From assembly GCA_041836105.1 (NCBI GenBank), contig JBGYKY010000016.1:1-37289 (forward strand): a DNA stretch of 37,289 bases, written 5' to 3'. Numbering within the stretch: the first letter of the stretch is position 1; each line of letters starts with the position of its first letter. A program made the translations under genes and the position numbers. Positions 25,771 through 33,696 of the stretch are shown one piece after another. This stretch comes from Bacillota bacterium (GTDB lineage Bacteria; Bacillota; Clostridia; Peptostreptococcales; Anaerovoracaceae). The notes under the pieces are model-generated. The model was not told where the DNA came from, made no database searches, and worked only from the letters and a program-made list of their open reading frames with translations.

Positions 25771-27867
25771 TTACACCTCGGAAGGTTCGGCTTCCACAGT
25801 CTCTGCGATTTCTCCTCCGGCCTCCTCCACTGCTTCCGCCGTTTTCACGGGTTCGGCGGGCTCGACCGTTTCTTCCGCCGGCTCAGCGACCTCCACAGCC
25901 CTAACGACCTCCGCTGCTTCCTCTGCCGCGGTGGCAGGAACGACGCTGTCCAGGGTCTCCTTGATGCTGAGACTGATCCGCTTCTTTTCCTTATCGATTT
26001 CCAGGATCTTCGCTTCCACAGCCTGACCCACCGACAGCTCGTCAGCAATGTTGGTCACGCGCTTATGAGCGATTTCTGAAATATGCACCAGTCCGTCCAG
26101 ACCCGGCTCCAGTTCCACAAAGGCACCGTAATCCTTGATCTGCACCACCTTCCCCGCAATGATCTGACCAACAGAATACTTTTCGTCGATGACGGTCCAG
26201 GGCTCCGGCTGGTTCTGCTTTAAGCCCAAGGAAATCTTGCCCTTCTCCGTATTCATGGCCAGGATCTTGACATTGATCTGTTCTCCGATGGACAAAACCT
26301 CTTGAGGATGCTTCAGCTTGCCCCAGGAAATTTCGGAAATGTGCAGCAGCCCATCCAGGCCGCCGATATCAACAAACGCGCCGTAATCGGTAAACCGCAT
26401 GACCGTTCCCGGCACCACGTCTCCAACATGGAGTGACTCCCAAATCTCGGCGACCCTCGCCTGCTTTTCTTCCACCAAATGCATCTTGTGGGAAAAGACC
26501 GCCTTGCCCTTCTTCTGATCCACACGGGTTACCCGAACAGGCAACACCTTTCCGACAAATTCGGCCGCGGATTCCACAAACCGGTCAGACAGCTGAGACA
26601 GCGGGATGAACCCGAAGACCTCCTTATAGGAGGCAATCACGCCACCGTTGACTTCCTTGACAACCCTGACGTTCACGAAGGTTCTGTCTTCAAGAGCGGC
26701 ATTAATCTCATCCCAATGCTCGTTGACCTCCAGCTTTTTCTTGGATAGCAGAATGTTTCCATCGCCGTTGTCGGTCTTGATGACCTTGGCCTGGACCTCA
26801 TCCCCTTCCTTAAACAGGTCGGTCAGCTTCTGATCCCCTTCCAACGTTAATTCATCCTTCGTAATGATCCCGTCTTTTTTGCATCCAAGATTCACTACAA
26901 CTTCCCGGTCGTTCACCTGGATCACTTCTCCCGTAACGATTTCCCCGGTTCTTGGCAATCGCAATGACTTCTCGATTTCTTCCATCAACTCGTGCATCAG
27001 ATTGTCTTCTTGGTTTTCGGTGATAAATTCACTCATGTTAGAAATAACCTCCTTAATTATGCGTTCTGGCGTCGATGCTCCAGCCGCTACGCCTATTCTA
27101 TTATATTTCCGTAAATCTTTCAATGGTAAATCTTCAATATTTTCAACAAAATAGCTGTTGGGACAGGTTTTTTGAGCAATTTCCATGAGCTTTTTTGTGT
27201 TGGAGCTGTCTCTGCTGCCGATGATGATCATGGCATCGCACCGGGCCGCCGTCTCCCTGCAGCTTTCCTGGCGTTCCCGGGTGGCATGGCAAATCGTGTT
27301 GTGAACCTGAACGTCTCTGCCTTCCCTCGCCAAGGCCGCCAGTATTTCCTCCAGCAATTCCTGTCGCATTGTGGTCTGGGCTACCACAAACAGATGATCG
27401 CCCTCCAGCTGCTCCGCTTCCTCCGGCGAGTCGATAACGATGGCCTGCCTGCCGCACCAGCCGACGATGCCCCGGACCTCCGGATGATCCCGGTCTCCCG
27501 CCACCACCACCTGAAGACCCTCATCCCTGGCGCAGCGAACCAGCCCGTGGATTTTCCGGACAAAGGGGCAGGTGGCATCCACCACCTCCAGGCTCTGATC
27601 GGCGGCCGCTCTGTAAAACCACTCTCCCTCTCCGTGGGAACGGATAATAATCACATCTCCCGGCCGTGCTTCCTTCAAATCCTCCAAAATGCCGGCGCCC
27701 TTGGCCTCCAGCTCCTCCGTCACTTCTCTGTTGTGGATCAGGGGGCCGAAGGTAAAGACACGCTGACCCTCGGGTCGGCGTTTTCTGAGGATTTCCTCCG
27801 TTTTTTCTATAGCGGAACGCACTCCGAAACAAAATCCGGAATGCGCTGCCCGAATCAGCTCTGCCAT
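25771..27867 (-). CDS. ispH: Bifunctional 4-hydroxy-3-methylbut-2-enyl diphosphate reductase (IspH/LytB) / ribosomal protein S1-domain fusion
   Basis: The N-terminal roughly 280 aa form the IspH part (GFCFGVRSAI, HNREV, THNTICHAT). Four S1 repeats follow (GEVIQVNDREVVVNLG..., GTVMRFTDYGAFVDIG, GKVVQIKDYGAFVELEPG), and then an acidic Ala/Glu/Val/Pro tail. Confidence 0.9.
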   Translation of the reverse strand: MAELIRAAHSGFCFGVRSAIEKTEEILRKRRPEGQRVFTFGPLIHNREVTEELEAKGAGILEDLKEARPGDVIIIRSHGEGEWFYRAAADQSLEVVDATCPFVRKIHGLVRCARDEGLQVVVAGDRDHPEVRGIVGWCGRQAIVIDSPEEAEQLEGDHLFVVAQTTMRQELLEEILAALAREGRDVQVHNTICHATRERQESCRETAARCDAMIIIGSRDSSNTKKLMEIAQKTCPNSYFVENIEDLPLKDLRKYNRIGVAAGASTPERIIKEVISNMSEFITENQEDNLMHELMEEIEKSLRLPRTGEIVTGEVIQVNDREVVVNLGCKKDGIITKDELTLEGDQKLTDLFKEGDEVQAKVIKTDNGDGNILLSKKKLEVNEHWDEINAALEDRTFVNVRVVKEVNGGVIASYKEVFGFIPLSQLSDRFVESAAEFVGKVLPVRVTRVDQKKGKAVFSHKMHLVEEKQARVAEIWESLHVGDVVPGTVMRFTDYGAFVDIGGLDGLLHISEISWGKLKHPQEVLSIGEQINVKILAMNTEKGKISLGLKQNQPEPWTVIDEKYSVGQIIAGKVVQIKDYGAFVELEPGLDGLVHISEIAHKRVTNIADELSVGQAVEAKILEIDKEKKRISLSIKETLDSVVPATAAEEAAEVVRAVEVAEPAEETVEPAEPVKTAEAVEEAGGEIAETVEAEPSEV

Positions 27868-27876
27868 ACTGCTCCT

Positions 27877-29175
27877 CTATCCCTTTCCCCTCTTCTCAGC
27901 TTCTCCGCCGCTTTTTTTCAAGCTCTCCAGATACCTTTTAAAGGCGCTCTCCCCGCCGTTCTCCGTCGGCGAGTAGTAGGTGGTCCCTTCCCGGTGCAGA
28001 TCGTCGGGCAGATACTGCTGAGGCACATAGCCGCCAAAATCATGGGGATAGCGATACCCCGCAATACCTCGATCGGCAGCGCCTGAATAGTGCGCATCTT
28101 TTAAATGAAGGGGAACATCCGCGATCCTTCTTTTCTTCAGGTCTGCCATAGCCTCCGCGATAGCCGTATAGCAGGCATTCGATTTGGGACAGGAGGCCAG
28201 CAGGATGGCGGCCTCTGATAGATTGATCCTGGCCTCCGGAAACCCTACCATGGACGCTGCCTGCACGCAGGCGGTCACAATGGACACGGCCTGGGGATAA
28301 GCCAGCCCCACATCCTCGCTGGCCATCACCAGTAGCCTGCGGCCGATGGTCATCACATCCGAACCGCCGTCGATGAGGCGCCCCAGATAGTGGACCGCTG
28401 CGTGGGGGTCGCTACCCCGAATAGATTTTTGCAGGGCGGACAACAGGTTGTACAGGTCTTCCCTTCTGTCAAAGAACAGGGCTCTCCGCTGCATGGCCTC
28501 TTCTACCAGAGAGATCGTAATCTCCTGCGTCCCGGAAAGATTGTCGGCAATAAAACCCAGCGCATCCAGGCCGATCCTGGCGTCACCGCTGCTCATGTCC
28601 GCCAGCACCTCCAGAGTCGACTCCCCCATTTTCAGGGGACGGGCACCCAGGCCTCGCCTTTCATCGGCCAGAGCCCTTTTTAAAATTTGCAGAATTTCCT
28701 CCTTGCTGTGATGATAAAATTCGTAAATACTGCCCACTCTGGACAAAATGGCCGGGTTCACGGAAAAGTACGGATTTTCAGTGGTACTCCCGATGAAGCG
28801 GACGGCCCCCTCCTCCAACGCCTTCAGCAGCGTATCCTGCTGGAGCTTATTCCATCGATGCAGCTCATCCACATAAAGGTAGGTCGCTTCCTGCTGTAGC
28901 CCGAAAAAGCGAGCCCCCGCCCTTTCCAAAAGCTCCTTCAGCTCCTTTGTCCCCGTACTGGAGGCGTTCAGCTCATGAAATTCACCGCCCATCTCCCGCA
29001 CGATAATCCGGGCCAGGGTGGTCTTTCCCGTCCCCGATGGCCCGAAAAAAATGGCCGAATCGAAATTCCGGCTGCGGACCGCATTGTAAAACAGGGAATT
29101 TTTATACATAAAATGAGTCTGTCCAACGAAATCATCCAGCGATTCCGGCCTCATTCTGGTCGATAACGGTATCAT
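27877..29175 (-). CDS. rarA: Replication-associated recombination protein A (AAA+ ATPase)
   Basis: MRPESLDDFVGQ, GPSGTGKTTLARII, YVDELHRWNK, and the C-terminal MgsA region YRYPHDF. Confidence 0.92.
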   Translation of the reverse strand: MIPLSTRMRPESLDDFVGQTHFMYKNSLFYNAVRSRNFDSAIFFGPSGTGKTTLARIIVREMGGEFHELNASSTGTKELKELLERAGARFFGLQQEATYLYVDELHRWNKLQQDTLLKALEEGAVRFIGSTTENPYFSVNPAILSRVGSIYEFYHHSKEEILQILKRALADERRGLGARPLKMGESTLEVLADMSSGDARIGLDALGFIADNLSGTQEITISLVEEAMQRRALFFDRREDLYNLLSALQKSIRGSDPHAAVHYLGRLIDGGSDVMTIGRRLLVMASEDVGLAYPQAVSIVTACVQAASMVGFPEARINLSEAAILLASCPKSNACYTAIAEAMADLKKRRIADVPLHLKDAHYSGAADRGIAGYRYPHDFGGYVPQQYLPDDLHREGTTYYSPTENGGESAFKRYLESLKKSGGEAEKRGKG

Positions 29176-29204
29176 ATTGCTCTCCCTTTTTCAATTATAT
29201 AACT

Positions 29205-29213
29205 ATTATAGCA
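29205..29213 (-). promoter_or_regulatory. Extended -10 element (TGcTATAAT) upstream of rarA
   Basis: The reverse complement of 29205-29213 is TGCTATAAT, about 30 nt upstream of the rarA ATG. I saw no good -35. Confidence 0.4.
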
Positions 29214-29250
29214 TTTTCACCGGATTCGTCCACAATTATCCAAAATCTTG

Positions 29251-29279
29251 TAGACACGCTGATTTTCCTTCGTTATAAT
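29251..29279 (+). promoter_or_regulatory. Sigma-A-like promoter (TAGACA-17-TATAAT) for the small zinc-ribbon gene
   Basis: -35 at 29251-29256 and -10 at 29274-29279. Confidence 0.55.
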
Positions 29280-29324
29280 ACTCATTGAGTTTATTTTCTT
29301 TTATTTGTTATATGGAGGATCAAA

Positions 29325-29486
29325 ATGGAAGACAGAACACTTACGTGCCAGGATTGCGGTTCGGAATTCGTCTTTACCGCAGGCGAACAGGAATTCTACA
29401 AGGAAAAGGGCTTCGATAACGAACCGAAGCGATGTAAGGAATGCAGAGACAAGAAGAAGGCCGAACGAAGACAATTCCAGGGATAG
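29325..29486 (+). CDS. Small zinc-ribbon protein (53 aa), below the ORF-track size cut-off
   Basis: My manual translation reads MEDRTLTCQDCGSEFVFTAGEQEFYKEKGFDNEPKRCKECRDKKKAERRQFQG*. It has CxxC...CxxC and the FxF.AGEQEFY..KGF...PKRC pattern of a widespread zinc-ribbon family. SD GGAGGA lies 5 nt upstream, with a promoter and a terminator flanking the gene. Confidence 0.8.
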   Translation: MEDRTLTCQDCGSEFVFTAGEQEFYKEKGFDNEPKRCKECRDKKKAERRQFQG

Positions 29487-29512
29487 GCGATCCTTTCGCA
29501 TATGAACGCATC

Positions 29513-29543
29513 AAAGAACCGTACTATCCAGTACGGTTCTTTT
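29513..29543. terminator. Bidirectional rho-independent terminator
   Basis: A 13-bp stem, AAAGAACCGTACT-ATCC-AGTACGGTTCTTT, followed by T. It has an A-tract on the left and a T-tract on the right. It ends the zinc-ribbon gene (+) and contains the stop of the last tad-operon gene (-). Confidence 0.75.
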
Positions 29544-30084
29544 GGATCCATCCGCAGACGGTCAGCTCTCGAAGAAGCTGAACCACCATGCGTCGCAGCT
29601 TCACCACGCCGGGATTCTCGCGTTCGATCCGATCTGCAAGCATTTGCAAATAATCGGCGGCAATGGGATCCCGATTCAGGGCAAGGAACTCCTCGATCAG
29701 CTGCGTCAGCATTACCCTGCGCTCCCTGGGCGCCGACGGGCGATAGAGCAAACATACCTCCTGCTCGTCTTCGGTTTCAGTGGACGCCCAGATGGTTTGC
29801 CGGTCCCATCGCATCTCTCCGGGATCCAGCAGGTATTCCTGACACAGAGCCATTTTTCCCAGCAGCCGATCCAGCAGGCTCAACTGCTCCGGCAACGTCG
29901 GTGCCCGCCGCTCCATCCATTGCTCCAGAGGCAGGAACCCTTCCGTTTCCGCCACCCATTCCTCCCCTGAAGCTTCACATCTCCCTTCATTCTCATCGTT
30001 CCGCTCGGCCCTGTGCAAAAGACTGCCGGGCAAAAAGATGCGCCCCCGATTTTCCAGAACGATTCTTGCCTGATATTCCTTCAT
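29524..30084 (-). CDS. Hypothetical cytoplasmic protein (186 aa), last gene of the Tad-like operon
   Basis: SD GAGGGGAG lies 5 nt upstream of ATG 30084, 12 nt after the upstream stop. The protein is acidic and has no TM segment. The LLDPGEMRWDRQTIW...VCLLYRP pattern is the only motif-like stretch I can point to. Confidence 0.6.
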   Translation of the reverse strand: MKEYQARIVLENRGRIFLPGSLLHRAERNDENEGRCEASGEEWVAETEGFLPLEQWMERRAPTLPEQLSLLDRLLGKMALCQEYLLDPGEMRWDRQTIWASTETEDEQEVCLLYRPSAPRERRVMLTQLIEEFLALNRDPIAADYLQMLADRIERENPGVVKLRRMVVQLLRELTVCGWIQKNRTG

Positions 30085-30096
30085 CCTGACTCCCCT

Positions 30097-30864
30097 CTAT
30101 CCGGAGCCGCCGCACAGACGGCACGGCGTATACCCCTGCGCTTCCGCCGACTCCTGATCAATTTCGATAACATATCTGGTAACCAACGAGCAGGCCTTCT
30201 GGTGATAGACCTCTCCGGCCCTGGGGAAGCAATATACCAGGCTTCCATTGCCCCTTTTCTCCGGCCGGCAGTGACTGCACGGCCGGTATCGGGTGCGGAC
30301 GGAGGTCGTGAGGATCGTCTGATGGGGAAAGACCTCGATAACGCTGCAGGTCCTCTCGTGGTAACGCTCTCCCGCTTTGGGGAACACCCATACCATCCTG
30401 CTTTCTTTTTTTTCCTCCAGCTCCTTAGGATCCATGGCATCCCCCCGGTATTTCCGACCTACAAAAGGCCGAAATCGCACCGACTCCTTCCCCGCCACTC
30501 CTTCATAAATCTGTATGGGGAACGGGATTTTCTGGTAGTATTTCCCCTCGTAATGAACCACCTGGTCGGTCAGCCGTGTCTGAAGGGGATAAAGGAACAG
30601 TCGATGGCGATAAAACTCCGTCTCCAAATGGCTTTGGGAGAGGCGGTGAGAAACGACCAGAGGGTAGGTGATCGACAGGTCCGCTGCGACGGACTGCCGG
30701 ATCTGGATCCTGGCTTCCCGGCAAAGCTGATAGAGAATCGCCTCCTGCAGATAGACGAATTTCATCAGGTATGCGACAGTCAGAATCCCTATCAGAAATA
30801 TGGGAAGGAACAACGATGCTTCTAAAGTGATCCCTCCCTCCTGCCTCTTAATATTCCTTTTCAT
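30097..30864 (-). CDS. TadE-like pseudopilin with two C-terminal H/C3 zinc-ribbon repeats
   Basis: The N-terminus MKRNIKRQEGGITLEASLFLPIFLIGILTV gives a G-xxxx-E prepilin-like motif followed by a hydrophobic helix. The C-terminus carries the repeats FPKAGERYHERTCS...YRPCSHC and FPRAGEVYHQKACS...YTPCRLC. ATG 30864 is preferred over the TTG at 30903. Confidence 0.7.
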   Translation of the reverse strand: MKRNIKRQEGGITLEASLFLPIFLIGILTVAYLMKFVYLQEAILYQLCREARIQIRQSVAADLSITYPLVVSHRLSQSHLETEFYRHRLFLYPLQTRLTDQVVHYEGKYYQKIPFPIQIYEGVAGKESVRFRPFVGRKYRGDAMDPKELEEKKESRMVWVFPKAGERYHERTCSVIEVFPHQTILTTSVRTRYRPCSHCRPEKRGNGSLVYCFPRAGEVYHQKACSLVTRYVIEIDQESAEAQGYTPCRLCGGSG

Positions 30865-32089
30865 AGGAATACGCCTTTCCGCTGACCGTTGCCACGAAGG
30901 CAAATCCCTTGCACCGGCTGGACATGGTAAAATTTCGATCGCACTCCAGCTTCATATTGATCTGAATGAGATCCATCATGCGGAGCAGCTTTTTTTCGTG
31001 GTTGGCCAGGTATAGGAACAGCTCCAGGTGCTCGGCATAGTTTTTCCCGGCCCGCACCGAAGGATAAATGGCTCCGCCCTCCTGCCGGTGAAGGTTTTCG
31101 ATGGAAAGCGCCCAGTGAACGCTCTGCTTGAGAAGAGGTACCGTTCCTCCTTCATTTAAAATCTTTCGATCATTGATGGCTTCAGAAAGCGCCCAGGCAG
31201 CGGTCAGCGTCGCCAGAGCCGCCGGTGCGCCGGGACCCGGCGCTACCGTATTTGCCAGAGCGGTCAGCTCCTTCATCTTTGCTGCGTCGCTGAGGATATG
31301 CGCCAGGTTCAGAGCGGTTCGCAGCGCAGTAAAATCGTTGAGAAACCGGTTTTTGTTTTCCCAGTCACTGTCGGCTCCGTACAGCAGATATTCCATCTCA
31401 TTCCTGAAAAAAGCCGGGGCCTCCGGTAGCTTGGACTCCTTATCGTGACTAAAGTAGTGCTTGGCGTATTCATTGGCTAAGTAATAGCGATGCGCTTTGG
31501 TGACCATGTTCCCCAGCTGCTCGGGAGAAAACTCCAGGATTGCCTGGGTCACCAGGCTCAGGTTCCCTTTTCCTCCCGACGGCAGCGTTTTAAGAACATT
31601 TTTGTTTTTAAGCTTCCGCTGCGGACGCTGATCGCTTCCCTTCGCTGCTTCCGGCATCGAGCGCAGCGCATTTCCCGCCAGTCGGAGCACCATAATCTCT
31701 GCCAGCTCGTCCTCAAATCTCTGGCAGTCGAGCAGGCTGTAGGGCGCCAGAGATACCTCTATCGACTGAAGATCATTGCGAAGCAAATCCATGGGGCGCT
31801 TGTTCCGAAAGGTGGTATTTCCATACATGCGGATCAGGGCTTCGATTTCCTCTTCGCTCCTTCCGTGGGCAATGATCCCATATCTCCGATATAGATCCAG
31901 GTCATATTCCCCCAGCACGGACAGTGCGGCCAGACGAAATACCGAATCAGCCGTGCTTTCCGCCGCTTTTTGGGCAGCCGCCTGGACAAAGGTCAATGTC
32001 ATGACCATCATGGATCCCAGGATGAGAGTTAGAAAAACGGCGGAAAACCCATTTTGTCCAGTGCGTGTGGTTTTCTTTTGCCCACTCAT
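30848..32089 (-). CDS. Large TadG-like pilus-associated protein (about 413 aa)
   Basis: An N-terminal hydrophobic segment, GFSAVFLTLILGSMMVMTLTFV, is followed by a large soluble domain. ATG 32089 overlaps the upstream TGA (ATGA) and lies 8 nt after AAGGA. The track ORF starts at 32098. Confidence 0.65.
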   Translation of the reverse strand: MSGQKKTTRTGQNGFSAVFLTLILGSMMVMTLTFVQAAAQKAAESTADSVFRLAALSVLGEYDLDLYRRYGIIAHGRSEEEIEALIRMYGNTTFRNKRPMDLLRNDLQSIEVSLAPYSLLDCQRFEDELAEIMVLRLAGNALRSMPEAAKGSDQRPQRKLKNKNVLKTLPSGGKGNLSLVTQAILEFSPEQLGNMVTKAHRYYLANEYAKHYFSHDKESKLPEAPAFFRNEMEYLLYGADSDWENKNRFLNDFTALRTALNLAHILSDAAKMKELTALANTVAPGPGAPAALATLTAAWALSEAINDRKILNEGGTVPLLKQSVHWALSIENLHRQEGGAIYPSVRAGKNYAEHLELFLYLANHEKKLLRMMDLIQINMKLECDRNFTMSSRCKGFAFVATVSGKAYSYEKEY

Positions 32090-32307
32090 TCTATCCATCC
32101 TTTCACAAAATCCGCCAATCTCAGCGCAGTGCCCATATCCTCCGGTTCCGCCTCCCGAACCATCTCTCGCCGATGCTCCTGGTATCGCAGGGTGGTCTTA
32201 TCGTATAACGCCGCGATCACGCCGATGAGCAGGACCAATGCAAGCAAAACCAGCGGAATCACCAGAGAAGCTTCTACGATAGCGGAACCGCGGGTTTTGC
32301 CGCTCAA
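32086..32307 (-). CDS. Small TadE-like pseudopilin (about 73 aa)
   Basis: SGKTRGSAIVEASLVIPLVLLALVLLIGV shows the classical TadE N-terminus with G-SAIVE (Glu at +5). The only in-frame start outside the flp coding region is TTG 32307, which overlaps the flp TGA (TTGA). The 152-aa track ORF overlaps flp out of frame. Confidence 0.55.
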   Translation of the reverse strand: MSGKTRGSAIVEASLVIPLVLLALVLLIGVIAALYDKTTLRYQEHRREMVREAEPEDMGTALRLADFVKGWIE

Positions 32308-32489
32308 AACCCGCTGCTCATCAGCTTGGAAAATATTCCATCGACAAAGGCGGTAATCTGACTTCGGAAGATGAGCGCCAGCCCGATGGCAATGCTCACC
32401 AACAGGGCGACCTGCACCATTTCCATTCCCTTTTGATTTTGATACCTTCTCGATCGACAGATTTCCTTTGTTGATTTCACTGTTCGCAT
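32304..32489 (-). CDS. flp: Flp-family type IVb pilin precursor
   Basis: ...RRYQNQKG|MEMVQVALLVSIAIGLALIFRSQITAF is a short protein with a basic leader, a Gly, and then a hydrophobic helix. The ORF is open to 32513, but AGGAG 7 nt upstream favours ATG 32489 (MRTVKS...). Confidence 0.7.
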   Translation of the reverse strand: MRTVKSTKEICRSRRYQNQKGMEMVQVALLVSIAIGLALIFRSQITAFVDGIFSKLMSSGF

Positions 32490-32577
32490 CTTCATGCTCC
32501 TTTCCATGTTCATTCCTGCTTTCCTTTCTTGTTCTCTTTTTCACTCTCTACCTCCCGTTTTCTGCCTTGCAATAGTT

Positions 32578-33696
32578 CTATGAGGAAAGTATTGCCGGTG
32601 CGATAGCCACGGCTATCAGAACCAGCAGATACAGACAGAGTGGCATGGTTAGCCGTGTTTCCTTGACCCGGATCTCTTCCTCCAGCTTTTTGCGATGCCG
32701 GTGCATCAGATCGTTCCGCTCCGTCAGTAGCTTTTCAGACAACCGGATTCCCCGATGCAGATTATCCCGAATGATCCCTGCGATCCGGATGAAGTCTGCA
32801 TCGTCGATGCGCCTGGCAAACGCTGCCAGCTGTGCATCCAGCGGATCTTTGGTTTCCAGGTATCGCAGTCGGATCATCTCCAACTGCCGGTAGAAATATG
32901 AGGTCTCTTTTTTCTTCATTTCATTGCGGAGAATGTCCAGAAAAGCCGTTTCAAATATGGCGCCCGCGTTAAGCTGCAGTACCAGTTGATTGATGAATAG
33001 GGGCAGCTCCTTTTGCACTGTGGACCGGGCGCTCCGGAATTCTCCGTTCAGACTTACGTATCTGGCACGATAGAGGAGAACGGCGATGAAAAGCGTTCCT
33101 GTCAGAAGATAGACGGGATCCCTGCGACTGCTTTGCGACCATCGAACAAACTCCCCCTCTTCCGTATAGAGGGGCAACATCAGGACCTTTCCTTCTCCTT
33201 CGGCAGCGTCCCGCAGTCGGATATCCAACTCTCGTCGCAGCCTTTGTGCAGCCTCTCCATCTCCGGCAGCCTGTCCCTTCCGGCCTGTCCCCTCATGATC
33301 TTTTCCTTGCCCGGCTGCCGGAATTCGAATGGAAATCTGCGCCTTCATCTCCCTGCCCTCCTGCTGGACCGCAGCGGTCAAATCTTCCCGAAGAACCCCC
33401 TGATCCGGCCGCAGGATCCCCACCAGCGTCTTTTCACCTTCCTCCTCGTAAAGAAAGTGCTGATGCTGTCTCCCGGCAGTGATCCCCGTCACAAGAATCA
33501 GCATCGTCACAGCGATCAGAGCAGTCGTCAATCTTTTTTTATTCTTTTGGATATCCTGCCGGGCCTTTTCCTCCTGCCGTGTACCGTACAGGCATCGGTA
33601 CCGGCTCTCCAAATAATCCGGATCACCGCAAATCCCGCGGAGTATCCTGTTCGCTCCTTTTTGCAACGTCGATTTTACTGTGCCATGCCCTCTCAT
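32578..33696 (-). CDS. TadC-like type II secretion system F-family membrane protein with a long non-homologous N-terminal half
   Basis: The C-terminal region LPLFINQLVLQLNAGAIFETAF...RLTMPLCLYLLVLIAVAIAP is T2SSF-like. ATG 33696 overlaps the tadB-like TGA (ATGA). The track ORF extension to 33987 lies inside the upstream gene. Confidence 0.7.
   Translation of the reverse strand: MRGHGTVKSTLQKGANRILRGICGDPDYLESRYRCLYGTRQEEKARQDIQKNKKRLTTALIAVTMLILVTGITAGRQHQHFLYEEEGEKTLVGILRPDQGVLREDLTAAVQQEGREMKAQISIRIPAAGQGKDHEGTGRKGQAAGDGEAAQRLRRELDIRLRDAAEGEGKVLMLPLYTEEGEFVRWSQSSRRDPVYLLTGTLFIAVLLYRARYVSLNGEFRSARSTVQKELPLFINQLVLQLNAGAIFETAFLDILRNEMKKKETSYFYRQLEMIRLRYLETKDPLDAQLAAFARRIDDADFIRIAGIIRDNLHRGIRLSEKLLTERNDLMHRHRKKLEEEIRVKETRLTMPLCLYLLVLIAVAIAPAILSS

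Noticed and set aside
27172-28086. A 304-aa ORF on the plus strand.
   Set aside because: It is antisense to ispH and rarA. It is a shadow ORF.
30013-30825. A 270-aa plus-strand ORF, together with the 29502..30089 and 29542..29970 plus-strand ORFs.
   Set aside because: They are antisense to tad-operon genes that have SD sequences and coupled starts. Their products are Pro/Arg/Ala-rich with no motifs.
32086-32544. A 152-aa ORF spanning flp in another frame.
   Set aside because: Only its C-terminal roughly 73 residues look like a protein (a TadE N-terminal motif). The upstream part overlaps the Flp pilin gene and is Lys/Gly/Asn-rich noise.
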